From Sulfolobales archaeon HS-7 (lineage in GTDB: Archaea > Thermoproteota > Thermoprotei_A > Sulfolobales > Sulfolobaceae), in assembly GCA_019704295.1 (NCBI GenBank), contig AP024596.1, positions 1,728,001 through 1,792,000 on the forward strand: a stretch of 64,000 bases of DNA. Direction: 5' to 3'. The notes beneath the pieces were generated by a model. It had not been told where the DNA came from. It ran no database searches and was given only the letters and a program-made list of their open reading frames with translations. The position numbers and the translations under genes are program-made. The first letter of the stretch is position 1. Each line of letters starts with the position of its first letter. Of this stretch, positions 21,540-34,586 are shown piece after piece.

Positions 21540-21944
21540 CTAAGAGAGGTCCAAGTAGCGCATTCCTATGTTATCAATTCTATGGGCAAGCTTACTCTTG
21601 GATAGTCTTAGTGAACCCGAAACTCCCTTTATACATAACTCCTCAAAGTCATTTAATATCACATTTATGGGATCTGATGTTTCACAGGAAAAATCGACAT
21701 ATCCGTCATATTCTATTCTACGAACGGGAATGTCGTTTATTGATAATATTAAGCCTCCGAAAAGGAGGGCTAAGCAGAAGGCCGTTTGCGTACACCATTC
21801 ATTTATTCTCATTCCTTTCTCTAAATCTTCAAATCTGAGATTGAGGATATTTTTCTCCTTTGTTATAAAAGGAGGGGAATATGCCACAGTCACCTTAATT
21901 CTCCTGTCTATCTGTATTTCCTTTACAGATGGAAAGGATATCAT
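21540..21944 (-). CDS. Hypothetical protein
   Basis: Translationally coupled (ATGA overlap) to the DHPS-like gene. Confidence 0.6.
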   Translation of the reverse strand: MISFPSVKEIQIDRRIKVTVAYSPPFITKEKNILNLRFEDLEKGMRINEWCTQTAFCLALLFGGLILSINDIPVRRIEYDGYVDFSCETSDPINVILNDFEELCIKGVSGSLRLSKSKLAHRIDNIGMRYLDLS

Positions 21945-23440
21945 TCGCCTATTCGCCTGAATAGCCTTCTATCCTGAACGTAATTTTTGTCAAGGTCCCT
22001 CGCAATTTCTGCTTTAGCTAATTCATAACCTATGTAAAGAGCATGTTGAGGGGACACATGCGTCTTCCTTAGGAGCGTTCTGCCTATCGAAAGAGCATCT
22101 CTTCCCTTAAGCGTGAATTTGTCCTTTCCATAAAATGTAAGGTAGATGTTGCCTCCTTTTTTCCAAATTTTTACGAAGCCCTCTCTATCAAATACAGGTT
22201 CTTCATTAACTACCTCCACTATTTCCTTAGGTTCCTCCTCATCGTCACTTTTTCGCTTATCCTTAACAAGTAATAGGTCAACCCCTATATCCTTAGGGAA
22301 CCTACCTTGTGTCTGCGCTATTGCCATTAACTCTCCGCTTCGTTTTAACTCCCAGGAAGACCACTTCGTCTTTCCCTTTTCCATTGTGAGTAGACAAGAA
22401 GTTCCTGCCTCTACTGCCAAGGCTGTTAGTAAGCCGTTTACACCGTGACTGTCAACATCGATAAGTTCGGTAATGTTTAAAGTGCCCATTAAAAAGGGAA
22501 TGTTAGGAAATTTAACGCTAAGTTGTTTATATGCATACAGACTGTCTATCACCCCTTTTAGTGGAGGTGCCATAACGGGATCTCCTATTATCTTTGTGTA
22601 TCCCATATCAGAAGCTTTATTAAGTAACCATGACACTGTCTCCAATTTATTTTCCCTAGAAAAAGGCGCTACTACAAAGGTGGCGTCCTTTTTAACATCT
22701 GTTAATCTCTCAATATTTATTTCGTTAAGGTTAAACACAAAAGACGCTCCGGCCTCGATACCAGCTTTCAATTCCAAAATAGAGTCGGAATCAACTGCAG
22801 CGTGAAACCCCGTATCCAAAACCCTTTTTATCATTTCCTTTATATATGACGGATCAGAGGAGCCAACGGGTGTTCCGACAACTATCACATCAACATAACG
22901 TTTAACTCTATCAATTTCCTCAAGCTGTGAAGACTGGGACACCTCCAGGAAGATTCTAAACGGGGGAGGTCTAAGCGGTATCCTAAGTCCGTTCACCTCC
23001 ATGAAGTCCTTATTCACCTCGGTCAACTCAAGAACTTTATTAATGTAATTTTTCCTCATTTCATCGATTACCCTATCTGCCGGGTCCTTCTTGGAAAGTG
23101 TAATCCCTCTTTTTAGGGCGTCTATAACCAGAGGAATATCAGCGGCTTCTTCGGTGCCCTTAAAAGTAGGGACGTGGACCTTTTCCTCAATAACTGTACA
23201 ATCGCCGTATACCAGACCGGGAACTAATATTATGTCATAGCCTTTTAAGTCCTGATCCTTTAATTTCTCCGCGATATACCTGACGCTCATTAGAGCAGCG
23301 ACTGGGTAATCTAAGGACTTTATTGTAATATCTACGTCTTTAATTTCACTGCAGGCTCTTTTGACGTCATCCAATGCAAGCGTTCCAGTGACTACTAGTA
23401 GCCGCATAACTACATTGCCGAAAGTGGGATTTAATTTCAA
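21941..23440 (-). CDS. Dihydropteroate synthase-like protein (archaeal/methanopterin type) with N- and C-terminal accessory domains
   Basis: LVVTGTLA...VAALM N-terminus, pterin-binding barrel (AVDS, GDPV, NITELIDVDSHGVN, FPKDIGVDLL) and C-terminal HALYIGYELAKAEIA..L.KNYVQD. Confidence 0.85.
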   Translation of the reverse strand: MKLNPTFGNVVMRLLVVTGTLALDDVKRACSEIKDVDITIKSLDYPVAALMSVRYIAEKLKDQDLKGYDIILVPGLVYGDCTVIEEKVHVPTFKGTEEAADIPLVIDALKRGITLSKKDPADRVIDEMRKNYINKVLELTEVNKDFMEVNGLRIPLRPPPFRIFLEVSQSSQLEEIDRVKRYVDVIVVGTPVGSSDPSYIKEMIKRVLDTGFHAAVDSDSILELKAGIEAGASFVFNLNEINIERLTDVKKDATFVVAPFSRENKLETVSWLLNKASDMGYTKIIGDPVMAPPLKGVIDSLYAYKQLSVKFPNIPFLMGTLNITELIDVDSHGVNGLLTALAVEAGTSCLLTMEKGKTKWSSWELKRSGELMAIAQTQGRFPKDIGVDLLLVKDKRKSDDEEEPKEIVEVVNEEPVFDREGFVKIWKKGGNIYLTFYGKDKFTLKGRDALSIGRTLLRKTHVSPQHALYIGYELAKAEIARDLDKNYVQDRRLFRRIGE

Positions 23441-23448
23441 AGTATAGA

Positions 23449-24240
23449 CTAGTTAGAGAATAGAGCGGTTAACTCATGTTTTTCTCTTTTATGCGATACT
23501 ATAACGCCTTTGTCTATTTCCTTCACCGAATTCAGGTCGATATCGATGTCTCGCCCAGTAAGATCGTAAATCTCATAACCCAACCTCTTACAAAAGTTAG
23601 ATGACGACGCTACATCAACGTTCCTTATTGTTCCCCTTAAGTCTAAGAAAAGATAGGTTCTTCCTAGACACGTATATATCATATCTAGTGATGAACAACC
23701 CAAGCTCCTGAACTTAAATCCCCTGAATTTTGAGAGAAGTTCCTTCGCTTTTTCGGCAGTTTTATAATCAAAATAGGCCAGAATAACCTTTTTAGCCTCA
23801 TGTGCACTGCCTTTGAATTCCGTTTTGTTAACGTATGCTATGTGCTCGTCATAAGAAAATACATCACTGGTAAATACGCTTTTGACAGAACCGGCGACAC
23901 TATCTCCCTCTTTACTGAAAATCGCAAGTGATACCGATGACCAGGGAATACCAGATAAATAATTTGTACTTCCATCAAGAGGATCAATAACGGCAACATA
24001 TTCGTATTCCGAATTAACATGAGTTCCAGATTCCTCAGTTATTATCTTGAACTTGAAACCAGTGGAGTTTAGGTTGTCAATTATGAATTGTTCCGAGAGC
24101 CTGTCTACTTTCCTCGATACATCTTTGTCATGATAGCCTACTACTTGATCCATTCCCTCCTTATCGGTAAGTTCCTTGAGATAGTCAGATGCCAATTCAG
24201 TTATTCTTTCAGTTATTTTCCTTAACATCCTTGCCCTCAC
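23449..24240 (-). CDS. Inositol monophosphatase / FBPase family protein
   Basis: [14 protein letters not shown] and R.LG...LD motifs. Confidence 0.9.
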   Translation of the reverse strand: MRARMLRKITERITELASDYLKELTDKEGMDQVVGYHDKDVSRKVDRLSEQFIIDNLNSTGFKFKIITEESGTHVNSEYEYVAVIDPLDGSTNYLSGIPWSSVSLAIFSKEGDSVAGSVKSVFTSDVFSYDEHIAYVNKTEFKGSAHEAKKVILAYFDYKTAEKAKELLSKFRGFKFRSLGCSSLDMIYTCLGRTYLFLDLRGTIRNVDVASSSNFCKRLGYEIYDLTGRDIDIDLNSVKEIDKGVIVSHKREKHELTALFSN

Positions 24241-25198
24241 TTAGGTCCTTATAAGCGGAGTAGGCAGCAATAGCTCCCTGAGACACCGCTGTTATGATTT
24301 GTCTAAACCCTAACCACTTATTAGTACAATCACCGGCGGCGTAAACTAAGGGTAGATTTGTTCGCATCCAATCGTCAACCTTTATGTAACCGTTTTCGTC
24401 CGTTTCTAAGTTGTTCTTCCTTGCGAAATCTACAGGAGGTTCAAAACCTATTTCCACGAATATCCCATTAACGTTAAGTTTTCTTCTTTGCTTATTTTTA
24501 ATATTCTCTATTTCCACTTCCTTGACTATCTTCTCTCCTTCAATTTTGGTAACAACAGAATTCATAATTATTTCTACGTTTGGTTTCTCTGAAACCATTT
24601 TAACGTATACGGGCTGGGCGCGGAAGGAGTCCCTCCTGTGCACTAGGTATACTTTTGTAGCATATCTTGAAAGCAATTCAGCCCCTTCTAATGCTGAGTC
24701 TCCTCCACCTACTACCACGACTTCTCTTCCTTTAAACAGAGGAGCATCACATATCGAACAGTAGGAAACACCTCGTCCTGCAAACTCCTGTTCGCCTGGA
24801 ACATTGAGTTTCCTTCTCTTGACCCCCACGGTGACAATAATTGTTTTACTCTTAAACTCCCCTTTCCTTTTTGTCTTTACTACGTAATAGTCTCCTTCCC
24901 TCCTAAAAGACTCTACAGTATCCATTAGTTGAGGGACTTTATATTTTATTACGTGACTATTAAACACCTTTATTACATCTGCCGCCTGATAACCGATTAA
25001 TCCTAAATAGTCGTCAACTTCGCCCGCTTCAGTTAGTTGACCTCCTGGGGTCTCCCCTATAATGAGAGTATTAAGCATATATCTTGCAGTATATAAAGCG
25101 GTTCCATAGGCTGCTGGACCCATCCCTATTATTATTGTGTCAAATACATCTCCAGCTTTTACTTCGGCACTTTTAAAAGATATACTCATAATCTTCAC
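24209..25198 (-). CDS. trxB: Thioredoxin reductase
   Basis: [25 protein letters not shown] and AAGD. Confidence 0.95.
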   Translation of the reverse strand: MKIMSISFKSAEVKAGDVFDTIIIGMGPAAYGTALYTARYMLNTLIIGETPGGQLTEAGEVDDYLGLIGYQAADVIKVFNSHVIKYKVPQLMDTVESFRREGDYYVVKTKRKGEFKSKTIIVTVGVKRRKLNVPGEQEFAGRGVSYCSICDAPLFKGREVVVVGGGDSALEGAELLSRYATKVYLVHRRDSFRAQPVYVKMVSEKPNVEIIMNSVVTKIEGEKIVKEVEIENIKNKQRRKLNVNGIFVEIGFEPPVDFARKNNLETDENGYIKVDDWMRTNLPLVYAAGDCTNKWLGFRQIITAVSQGAIAAYSAYKDLSEGKDVKENN

Positions 25199-25272
25199 CG
25201 TACCAGGAATATAGTTTGGTCTGAAAATATTATATCTTTCTAATTAACCCTAATAACTAATTTGATATTATT

Positions 25273-26115
25273 TTAACCTGATGACAGTTCTTCCGCCTTT
25301 AATTGCGAAAGGAAGAGCTGAGGCAAATCTGACATTATCTTTCGATATTCGTTATCAATTTTTATTTCCCCTAATGTAGACAAGTAAAGCCTCATATAAT
25401 AGTCGAGCTGTGTGTTTACATATTCCTCTACGTTCTTGCCAAAATTCTTATACAGGACTGCAGCACTTCCAATTAATTTATCTAACTTTCCTTTGAATTT
25501 CAATATATCCATATAATCATCGATAATCTGATACTGTATCCCCAAACTTCTCCCTAACTGAAGAGCCTCGGGAAGATAAGTCGACTCTCCTGAGGCGAAA
25601 ATACCAAGAGCTGTGGAGAGTTCGAAGAAACTACCCGTTTTCAATTCAATTATGTCTATGTAATCGGGTGTTTCAAAGGTATCCCTTAATGCCCCCACAC
25701 CTATATTCCTCCATAGGTCTACACTGATCTTTAGCGCCTCGTCACCGTATTTTGAGATTATCCTAAGTGCAGATGGGATTAAGTAGTTGGTTGCAAGGAT
25801 TACCTTCTTGTTGCCAAATACAACCCATGCAGCTTTCTTACCCCTTCTTTCCAAATCGCCATCCATAATGTCATCTAACGCTAGCGACGCTGCGTGTAGT
25901 ATTTCCACTGCAAGAGCGCCATCTATCGCCTTTTCCTCCGACGAACCGAAAAATTCGGCTACCAGCATTACCAGTAATCCCCTAAACCTTTTACCGTCTC
26001 TTAACATGTATTTGCTTAGTTCAATTATATTCCAATCTCCATTCTGATTTATAAAATCGTCAATCTTCGCATCGATTAAAGTTTTCCTTTCTTGCCAATA
26101 CCTAAATAAGTCCAT
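25273..26115 (-). CDS. Hexaprenyl pyrophosphate synthase (trans-prenyltransferase)
   Basis: DGKRFRG, LHAASLALDDIMD, RRG and YQIIDDY. Confidence 0.85.
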   Translation of the reverse strand: MDLFRYWQERKTLIDAKIDDFINQNGDWNIIELSKYMLRDGKRFRGLLVMLVAEFFGSSEEKAIDGALAVEILHAASLALDDIMDGDLERRGKKAAWVVFGNKKVILATNYLIPSALRIISKYGDEALKISVDLWRNIGVGALRDTFETPDYIDIIELKTGSFFELSTALGIFASGESTYLPEALQLGRSLGIQYQIIDDYMDILKFKGKLDKLIGSAAVLYKNFGKNVEEYVNTQLDYYMRLYLSTLGEIKIDNEYRKIMSDLPQLFLSQLKAEELSSG

Positions 26116-26117
26116 TT

Positions 26118-26861
26118 CTAATCCCCTTTAACCATCTCTTTACCTCTCTCAATTTCAGCCGTTAGGTAGAGTGGTGCTAATATAGGATCGTAATTATAAT
26201 ACTTAATGGAGACTTTGTTTCCATTTAACGATATGTCGCTGGACATCATACGTCCTATGTGTTCGTCTACTCCATTATAAACAACCACAGTATTTCCTGA
26301 ACACATTTTATGATACGGGTAATGATATGTTTTTACGAATTTATGAGTTTTAGTCAAAATTTCATAGGCTGGATACATTACTGGCGACAAGGCCACACAC
26401 TCGATATTATCTAACGGAAAAGGTTCCGAATCCTCTACGTTATATTCATTAATTTCCTCTAGAAGTCGCTTTGTTCTAACGTTCTCCTCAACCCTAAGCA
26501 ATGCTTCCCTGATGAGGAAAACGCTCATGTCTATTGAACAGTTCAGTCTAACAAGGATAGTTTCTATACCGAAAGGTTTTGTCTCCGCACACGTTACAAT
26601 TTGAGGTTTTGAGTTCAAAACCCTGGCTTCCTGTTGTACTTCGAAAATCTCCCTTTTATCTCCTCCTATAAAGAGAAAATTGTCTATATCATTATAATTT
26701 AGCGAGAAGTATAGAAACTCGTAAACTGATGTAATTGAAATACGTCTATTCGAGAAAGTGGACAGAATTCTATAGAGTAGATTCGATGGGAGTAGTCCGT
26801 CTTTCCCATACACTATATAGCTAACGTCTAAATTAACGCTTTCTCCAGAGCCTTGCAACAA
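26118..26861 (-). CDS. Hypothetical protein
   Basis: Long ORF within the mtnP-prenyltransferase operon. Confidence 0.65.
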   Translation of the reverse strand: MLQGSGESVNLDVSYIVYGKDGLLPSNLLYRILSTFSNRRISITSVYEFLYFSLNYNDIDNFLFIGGDKREIFEVQQEARVLNSKPQIVTCAETKPFGIETILVRLNCSIDMSVFLIREALLRVEENVRTKRLLEEINEYNVEDSEPFPLDNIECVALSPVMYPAYEILTKTHKFVKTYHYPYHKMCSGNTVVVYNGVDEHIGRMMSSDISLNGNKVSIKYYNYDPILAPLYLTAEIERGKEMVKGD

Positions 26862-27631
26862 CTACACCTTTTCTCGTCAGGGTTCTCTGGGATATTTGAT
26901 ATTATCCTTGACAGTAGTTTTTTCACGTTTTCTACGTTTTTCTTCATCACCTTCTCCACTTCTTCAGCTGTAACGGGATGTTCTGAATACACATCGTAAT
27001 CGGTTATCATGGCAAGAGTCGCATAACAAATTTGGGATTCGCAGGCTAAGTTAATTTCGGGAACTAATGTCATTCCAATCACATCACCATTTAACGTCCT
27101 TTTCCACGCGAGAGATTCTGCCCTAGTTGAGAATCGCGGACCTTCAATGCATATGTAGTTACCCCTCTTGTGGATAACCACTCCCAGATCAGCTGAGGAT
27201 TCGATAATAATTTCCCTGAGTTGTTCGCAGAACGGATCGGCCATTGAAATATGAGCTACTTGAGGCCCATCGTAAAATGTGTACTCCCTTTTTTTCGTCA
27301 TATCTACGAACTGGTCTGGAACCACTAAATCCCCAGGTTTATAATCATCTCTTAGACTACCCACAGCCGATACGGATATTATCCACTTTACTCCAAGTTG
27401 TGCTAAAGCGTATATATTAGCCCTATAGTTTATCTTATGTGGAGGTATTCTATGCCCCGTACCATGCCTAGGAAGGAATGCAACTCGCTTATTATTAAAA
27501 CTCCCAATTGATATGAAATCGCTTGGCTCACCGTAGGGCGTATGAACTTTTATCCTCTCTTCAATTTTAAATATTTCCGGATCATAGATTCCGGAACCAC
27601 CTATAATTCCTATCAATGCGGTACTGACCAT
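26828..27631 (-). CDS. mtnP: 5'-methylthioadenosine phosphorylase
   Basis: [34 protein letters not shown] and a C-terminal CSC. Confidence 0.95.
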   Translation of the reverse strand: MVSTALIGIIGGSGIYDPEIFKIEERIKVHTPYGEPSDFISIGSFNNKRVAFLPRHGTGHRIPPHKINYRANIYALAQLGVKWIISVSAVGSLRDDYKPGDLVVPDQFVDMTKKREYTFYDGPQVAHISMADPFCEQLREIIIESSADLGVVIHKRGNYICIEGPRFSTRAESLAWKRTLNGDVIGMTLVPEINLACESQICYATLAMITDYDVYSEHPVTAEEVEKVMKKNVENVKKLLSRIISNIPENPDEKRCSCCKALEKALI

Positions 27632-27703
27632 TACTACTACAGATTTTTTACGTAGTCGCTAACTATTATTTTTTCCCATTACACTATCGTGGGAAGTGGC
27701 GCA

Positions 27704-27788
<85 letters not shown>

Positions 27789-27895
27789 ATAACACATTAA
27801 AGAAGTGAATCCTCAGGCTAAAAAGCTTACACTGTAGTTTTGCGTTATTATCACGATTAGATAGTTTTAAATGTGGTAAGGTTAATGATAGGAAT

Positions 27896-27970
27896 AGCGG
27901 GGTGGGCTAGCCTGGTAAGGCCGCGGGGCTCATAACCCCGAGATCCCTGGTTCAAATCCAGGCCCCGCTA
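27896..27970 (+). tRNA. Initiator tRNA-Met(CAT)
   Basis: A1-U72 pair, anticodon arm CGGGG-CTCATAA-CCCCG with consecutive G-C pairs, no intron. TATA TTTTAAA at about 27865. Confidence 0.95.
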
Positions 27971-27973
27971 TTA

Positions 27974-28033
27974 AAGATGATGACGAAGAAGCCGAGAAGA
28001 GTCGATGAATTGGCGAGAGGCAGCCACTGAATT
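27974..28033 (+). ncRNA. Candidate C/D-box sRNA
   Basis: C box ATGATGA (27977-27983), internal CCGA (D') and GATGAA (C'), D box CTGA (28027-28030). Confidence 0.7.
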
Positions 28034-28823
28034 ATTCAATTTCTAAATCCAATAACGTGTTTGTTACGATCGTCGGATCGTCAGATGAGTTGGTAAGTTC
28101 ATCTTTACTTGAAACACCAGTAAGGACCAAAATGCTATCTACTCCCAGCGTGTTTGCTAATCTTATATCTGTCTCTAACTGATCACCGATAATTACAGTC
28201 TTTCCAACTTTGATATCACTGCTTAACGGCACGAGTATCCATTTGTGAGGTTTTCCAGTTATAACATCAGGTTCTTTCTTTATTCCAAAAACTATTGCCT
28301 GTACTAATGCCCCTGCACCGAGCTTCAAACCAGCTTTTGATGGCCAGAGTCTATCAGCATTAGTGGCTATGAACATCGCCCCGTTTTTTATAATTCTCGC
28401 TGCAAGTGATAGTTTTTCATAAGTTGCGAACCTATCTAAACCGACTACGACTGCTTCAGCACCCCTTTCCAATGCCTGCTTCTCGTCTATTATAGTAAAC
28501 TGATTATTCCTTAACTCATTGATAAGACCTTCCTCGCCGACCACAAAAACATTCCTGACTTCCGTTCTAGTTTTAAGGTAATGCGCTGTCGCAACTGCTG
28601 AGGTTATTATCCTCTCAGGTTCGATCGGTAATCCAAAGGACGTTAAAAGCCTTGAGAGGAGAACCCTATTTATACCGGAATTATTTGAAATTAATACCAC
28701 CTCCTTCCCCATACTCCTCAGCTTACTCATAACTTGGAGATTCTCGTATATTGGTTCCCCTTCCCTTATTAGGACTCCATCTACGTCGCTTATTATGAGT
28801 TCATAATCCTTTAACTTTTTCAT
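28032..28823 (-). CDS. HAD-IIA (NagD-like) hydrolase
   Basis: DVDGVL, SNN, GKP and IGDQLETDI. Confidence 0.92.
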   Translation of the reverse strand: MKKLKDYELIISDVDGVLIREGEPIYENLQVMSKLRSMGKEVVLISNNSGINRVLLSRLLTSFGLPIEPERIITSAVATAHYLKTRTEVRNVFVVGEEGLINELRNNQFTIIDEKQALERGAEAVVVGLDRFATYEKLSLAARIIKNGAMFIATNADRLWPSKAGLKLGAGALVQAIVFGIKKEPDVITGKPHKWILVPLSSDIKVGKTVIIGDQLETDIRLANTLGVDSILVLTGVSSKDELTNSSDDPTIVTNTLLDLEIE

Positions 28824-29101
28824 CGAATAAGCCCCAACTTTATCATTATTTCGCTACTTAACTGTTTTTCGTCTCTGGGGAAGCCGAAAAGGCCGTAAGG
28901 TGAGTACATGGCACCTACACAGTCCCACTCAATATGTTCATTTTTAAGAATTTTAAAGAACAAATATCTCTTATTATACACATATATCGCATAAATGTTA
29001 TCACCTTTCTGACCTATATACATTGTACATTCATCCATTACTTCTACCTTTACTTTATCGAATTGAAGGTTATTCACGTCAAGAAGCATTTTAATTTCCA
29101 T
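28820..29101 (-). CDS. Hypothetical protein
   Basis: 93-aa ORF coupled to the NagD-like gene by an ATGA overlap. Confidence 0.7.
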   Translation of the reverse strand: MEIKMLLDVNNLQFDKVKVEVMDECTMYIGQKGDNIYAIYVYNKRYLFFKILKNEHIEWDCVGAMYSPYGLFGFPRDEKQLSSEIMIKLGLIR

Positions 29102-29109
29102 TAGAAATA

Positions 29110-30747
29110 ATGTTTAGGAGGAATTTGAATTCAGAGGATGTAGTTAGAAGGTATTATACTAAGATCATAAAGCTGCCTAGTAGAAAAATAATGTCATTGA
29201 TTCTCCTAGGACTCTTTTTGATCTTCATAAGCATTTCAGCTGTTCTCGGAAGAACGTTCGATGTAATTATACTAGTTTCCGTATTACTAACTTTAACAGT
29301 ACTCTTCAGAAGTTCAAAACAGACTATACTCTTCACCTCCTCAATATCCGTCCTTATGGGTTCGGTCTTCGAATTAACTAAGTTTCCCTTTGTCTTTTCG
29401 GTACCATTTGCCACGCCTTTTCTATTTTTCTCTCAGATTCCGAAATCGAAGGAAGTAAAGGCGCTCCTGATATCTACCATACCGAGCTTAGTGGCTTCCT
29501 TTTTTGAACCCAAAGTAATCATATGGAGCTTAACTTACATATTAATTATTGACGTAATTATATTACTTTACTTTAGATTCCTCGACTATAAGAGTAAGAA
29601 AGTGATGGGTATGCCGGCTATGGAAAGTTTTCGACCATTTATCAGAAGTTGGCTTGAAGGCAGGGAAGTGTTCTTAGAAGAATTCCTCAAGGGAATATCT
29701 ACCATAGTAAACGTGCCAGTATTCATTTTGAATCTCAAGACGCAAAAGGGGGAATTCAATCTAATCCTTCCGAAAATTCACTATGGATTGTATGGCAAGG
29801 TTGGTAGTTCTAGATTCGTGTATTCCATGGAACACTATCTCCCCAATTCGCTTGTATTTCACGGTCCAGGTAGCCATGAGCTAGATCTAGTCTCCCATGA
29901 GGATTCTGATACACTTGCATCATATATAGCGGAACAGGCGAAAAGTGATAAGGAGTGGGAAACACTTAAGTTTTCTGAGATAAAGGTCGAGCAGGTAAAT
30001 AGATTCAGAATATATTCTTTATTTTTTGATAAGGTTAAGCTGGGATTCACAACAAGACCTGGAGTGGGAATTGATGATATGCCTGAGAACCTTTGGAATT
30101 ACATGAATGAGTATAATTGTGTACTTATCGATTGTCATAATGAGACGAAAGTCGACGAGTTTACTAAAAGGGAATTAAATGATTTGAAACTATTCATAAT
30201 GAAAAAGAGTAATTTCATCGGGAGACAACTAAAGTTAGGATATAGCGAGAGGATAGTAGATGGAAAAATTGACGGTTTATGTGACAATAGAGTAAGGGTT
30301 ATGGTATTCGACGATGACAAATACAAACTGGGAGTAGTTTACCTTTACGGTAACAACGCTGACGCGTCATTAGGAAGCGCAGTAAATAGAGCAGTGGGAG
30401 ACAGATTGGACTATGTTGTAGTTGTGACACCTGATGATCATTCATGTACTGGGATAAGTTATGGGAATCTTTATGAGCCCGTGTCTAACACTGCCACCTT
30501 AGTGACAGAAATTTCCGAGGGTATAAACCAGGCTATGAAGGACATGAGTGTTGTCCTCCACGTGAAGTTCAAAAAGATCGTCGCAAGGAAAATAAGAGTG
30601 TTAGGCAGGGTGATATCAACAATGGTTAATGGGCTTAGTGTTATGGGAAATATAGCAATTAAAACAGTGTGGTTTCCCTTTATTACTCCTTTATTAGCAC
30701 TAATATTAATATTATTTTTCCAGAGCTATATTAAATTCGTTATATAG
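29110..30747 (+). CDS. DUF2070-family membrane protein
   Basis: N-terminal TM helices, with [17 protein letters not shown] and TPDDH motifs. Confidence 0.8.
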   Translation: MFRRNLNSEDVVRRYYTKIIKLPSRKIMSLILLGLFLIFISISAVLGRTFDVIILVSVLLTLTVLFRSSKQTILFTSSISVLMGSVFELTKFPFVFSVPFATPFLFFSQIPKSKEVKALLISTIPSLVASFFEPKVIIWSLTYILIIDVIILLYFRFLDYKSKKVMGMPAMESFRPFIRSWLEGREVFLEEFLKGISTIVNVPVFILNLKTQKGEFNLILPKIHYGLYGKVGSSRFVYSMEHYLPNSLVFHGPGSHELDLVSHEDSDTLASYIAEQAKSDKEWETLKFSEIKVEQVNRFRIYSLFFDKVKLGFTTRPGVGIDDMPENLWNYMNEYNCVLIDCHNETKVDEFTKRELNDLKLFIMKKSNFIGRQLKLGYSERIVDGKIDGLCDNRVRVMVFDDDKYKLGVVYLYGNNADASLGSAVNRAVGDRLDYVVVVTPDDHSCTGISYGNLYEPVSNTATLVTEISEGINQAMKDMSVVLHVKFKKIVARKIRVLGRVISTMVNGLSVMGNIAIKTVWFPFITPLLALILILFFQSYIKFVI

Positions 30748-32073
30748 AGAGGTAACACTAGCTTTCCAGGTTTCTAATAATTCTGGCTTTTTCGGATATG
30801 ATATATACAACTGTTTAGCCTTAGCCATGTATTCAGCTACTATTTTGAGTTTAACAAGAAGAGAAGGACGTCCTAGCCCCATAATGACCCTCATGGCCTT
30901 ATCTGCAGTGGAAAGGTGAAGATTTCCATAAGTACTCACCTCCAAGAGGTCGTCCTCTTTTATTAATCCTTTTGACATTCCGTAATTTATATCACTGTCA
31001 GATAGCTTCTGGAGGAATCTCCTAAAGAGATCTAGGCTGGCTTGTTTTGCACCGTACCTCTCAATATAGCATAGATTCATATCCCATAACCCCTCTGCTC
31101 CGAAATTTCCAGTTTCGAATGCATTCATTATAGCCCTTGACGCACAATACCCTGAGATCATTGCCGATCCCTTCCCCCCGCCATGCACCGGATTAACTGT
31201 AAACGCGGAATCCCCTATGGCTAGAATTCCATTCCATGCCATTGTTGAAATTGGTCTTCTAGTGGCTACTAATGCACCACCTTTTACTAGCACTTTATCT
31301 GGGAGTAAGTCCTCTGCGTAAGTCTTCAGATACTTCTCATAATAGTAATGTGGATTAGGATATCCCATACCGTCCTGAATTCCCAAACCTACATTCGCTT
31401 TGTTTTTACCCTTAGGAAAATACCACCAATAGCCACCAGGTGAGGCCTTTTGGGAGATAAAGATCTTAAGGTATTCGGGTTCACTAATTTCATCTCTACT
31501 TAATAGGACTTCCCTATACGCAACATCTGCATCCTTTCTCTCTAACTGTTCGGCTATGGGCATTTCTGAAGGGAGTTTAGTCCTGACGCTTCTCGCATTT
31601 CCTGAAGCATCAACAACGATCTTCGAATAAACTTCGTATTCCTTATTTTCTCTTCTATTGAATATTTTTATACCCTTGACAAAATTACCTTCTACTATAG
31701 GTCCTGAGGCGGTCGTTAAGTCCATTATTGTAACCCCTTTGTCAGAGGACTCTTTAAGTAATCTTTGGGTATATGCGGGAGCGTTTATTTCAAATCCCTC
31801 GCCCTTAACAATCCATTCTGTTTTCATATCAGGACTGTAGAGCTTAATTCCCTCAATTTTCTGTTCTAACTGCTCACCTTCAGGATAAGGTAATCCCAGT
31901 TCGTCAAAATGACCTTTGCTTACTGCATCCCCACACGGTTTATCGCCTATTCTGCTCCAAGGTTTGCTATCAATTAGTAGAATTTTTAGACCAGTCTTGG
32001 ATAGAAACCATGCAGTAGATGCTCCTGCTACGCCACCACCTACTATAACTACATCAAAACTAACTCTTTCCAC
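30712..32073 (-). CDS. Digeranylgeranylglycerophospholipid (geranylgeranyl) reductase
   Basis: [21 protein letters not shown] and NPVHGGG. Confidence 0.92.
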   Translation of the reverse strand: MERVSFDVVIVGGGVAGASTAWFLSKTGLKILLIDSKPWSRIGDKPCGDAVSKGHFDELGLPYPEGEQLEQKIEGIKLYSPDMKTEWIVKGEGFEINAPAYTQRLLKESSDKGVTIMDLTTASGPIVEGNFVKGIKIFNRRENKEYEVYSKIVVDASGNARSVRTKLPSEMPIAEQLERKDADVAYREVLLSRDEISEPEYLKIFISQKASPGGYWWYFPKGKNKANVGLGIQDGMGYPNPHYYYEKYLKTYAEDLLPDKVLVKGGALVATRRPISTMAWNGILAIGDSAFTVNPVHGGGKGSAMISGYCASRAIMNAFETGNFGAEGLWDMNLCYIERYGAKQASLDLFRRFLQKLSDSDINYGMSKGLIKEDDLLEVSTYGNLHLSTADKAMRVIMGLGRPSLLVKLKIVAEYMAKAKQLYISYPKKPELLETWKASVTSLYNEFNIALEK

Positions 32074-32239
32074 GCTTCTCCGCTATTTTACTACATTCTA
32101 CACTAAAAAAATTTCCTTAACTATCGTTGAGGGAATCTCGCTACACTATATCACGGCATAATAATATTGTCTCAAAACGAAGTTCCTTTGATATTGGACC
32201 ATAGCGACATCACTAATAGGAATTACCATTATGATTACT

Positions 32240-32641
32240 CTACGTAGCGCAAAGATCCCTTACCAGTGCAGCTTTTAGTTTGTTAGGTATTTTGTCTTTT
32301 AGTCGCGATAAACTACCTTTTTCTTTTTCCGAACAGTAAAAGAGTAATCCAGCTGGTTGCGTCGCTTTGTCTAGAAACGACAGGAATTTATCTGTTTCGT
32401 CCTTTTTCCACATGTAAATACTTAAGGAAAGGTCTATATTTTCTAACATAGCCTCCCTCGCCTCTGCAACGAATTGTGGATAAGTCATATCGCTTATGAC
32501 ATTAAGGTCTACCTTATTGAAGCCGTGTGTCTTAGTTTCTCTAAAGATTGCTCTAAGAAAGCTACTTGAGTCTTCAGGGGATATTACTGCAATTACTGAG
32601 AGAATACGTTGAATACCCTCTTTTCTCAAGATTACTGGCAT
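32240..32641 (-). CDS. Conserved hypothetical protein
   Basis: 133-aa ORF with normal codon usage; no function assignable. Confidence 0.7.
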   Translation of the reverse strand: MPVILRKEGIQRILSVIAVISPEDSSSFLRAIFRETKTHGFNKVDLNVISDMTYPQFVAEAREAMLENIDLSLSIYMWKKDETDKFLSFLDKATQPAGLLFYCSEKEKGSLSRLKDKIPNKLKAALVRDLCAT

Positions 32642-32745
32642 GCTTGAATGTCTCTGTATCCCTATATAAAAGTAAGGCGCTTGAAAGAGGACTTAGTACC
32701 TTAATAGGAGTATTTCTAATTTTTCACGTATTAATAGATAATAAT

Positions 32746-33281
<536 letters not shown>

Positions 33282-33285
<4 letters not shown>

Positions 33286-34097
33286 GGAACCACCCCATCG
33301 AATATCGCAACTTTAGAAAAGTCCTTGTTCCTCACACCTCTTGCCATACTTATGGTATTATAGGAGGAGAACGCCTCACCCCTAGATGTAATTCCAATGA
33401 TTCCGAAATTATCTCTTCCGAAACGATTAGAGATCTTATTAGTTACCGCAGTAATACTATCCTGCAAACTATAACCCATACCAATTAATGTATCCACTTC
33501 CTTACCAGGAAGATTCACCATAATTATTTCTCCTATACCAGTAGATGACGTACCAACTCTCTCTGTGGCGTAATATCCAGCTCCCGGTATGGGGGAGTCC
33601 CCGATTCTACCTGGACTCTTGTTTTCTATCCCCCCTGTACTCGTCCCAGCCACAATGTGTCCACTTTTGTCTACAGCAACAGCGCCCACCGTATCCCCCC
33701 CAAATCCTGTGGTTGGGATCACTGTGCTTTCTCTACATACGTTTGCTATTAATACGTGAGGGGAGTTCTTCATTACATTATAGGCTTCTCTAATCGGATT
33801 CTTGCATCTACTAGCAGCTATAGCACCAGCCTTCATAGTTAGTCCGTCCATAATACCCGCATCCATTTCTACTTCTCCTGCACTATTTTTCACACTTCCT
33901 TTTCCAGCATCGAACAAACCGGAGTCCTCCATATAAGCAATTGCCTCTACTACTGCTTCCGCAGGTCCGTACTTAATAAGGGCCTCATAACCCCTATCTA
34001 GTGATTTCGTTAGTTCTGACAAAGCCTTTTCATGATCCCTTTTCTTCCAATTTCCTGCTCCACCATGAATTACGATAATTGGTAATTCGTAAAACAT
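33282..34097 (-). CDS. Isoaspartyl peptidase / L-asparaginase (Ntn hydrolase)
   Basis: IHGGAG, EMDAGIM, autocleavage site D|TVGAVA, TSTGG and GRIGDSP. Confidence 0.92.
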
Positions 34098-34586
34098 TTC
34101 TTTATTTTAAAGAACGCGACATTTTTAATTTTACCGTATAATTTGAGAACTTAGGCGTCTATTCGAACTCTTACATAACATTGCGTCTACCCTTAGGTGA
34201 TGAGATAGGGCATACTCAACTACTGGAGAGACATTACGAACACTCGTTCCCAGCATTTTTCTGATTTTCACAGGGCCTTACAGTACTAAATAAAAAGGCT
34301 ATATATTCTAATTATGTCGTTCTAATCACTATTAACGCTAGTTACGTAAAATTTAGTAAAGTGATGTTTTCCTAAAACTGAACTCACGTAAGTGAAGGGA
34401 ACTTCTGCATCAAATATTTAATCTTGTTACTTCATAAAAATTTATATATATAATATCATGATAATAATATTTAATAGGAGATTTTTAACTTGCAAATAAG
34501 GTAACATAGTATCGTATTAAACGCATGAGAAAGAGGATGTCGATAAAACATAATAATTAGCTGTCGTTCATTTATTAGTATATCGT

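Noticed and set aside
34197-34264. GTGATGA...CTGA possible C/D sRNA
   Set aside because: The spacing is long, there are no convincing D'/C' boxes, and the D guide is U-rich.
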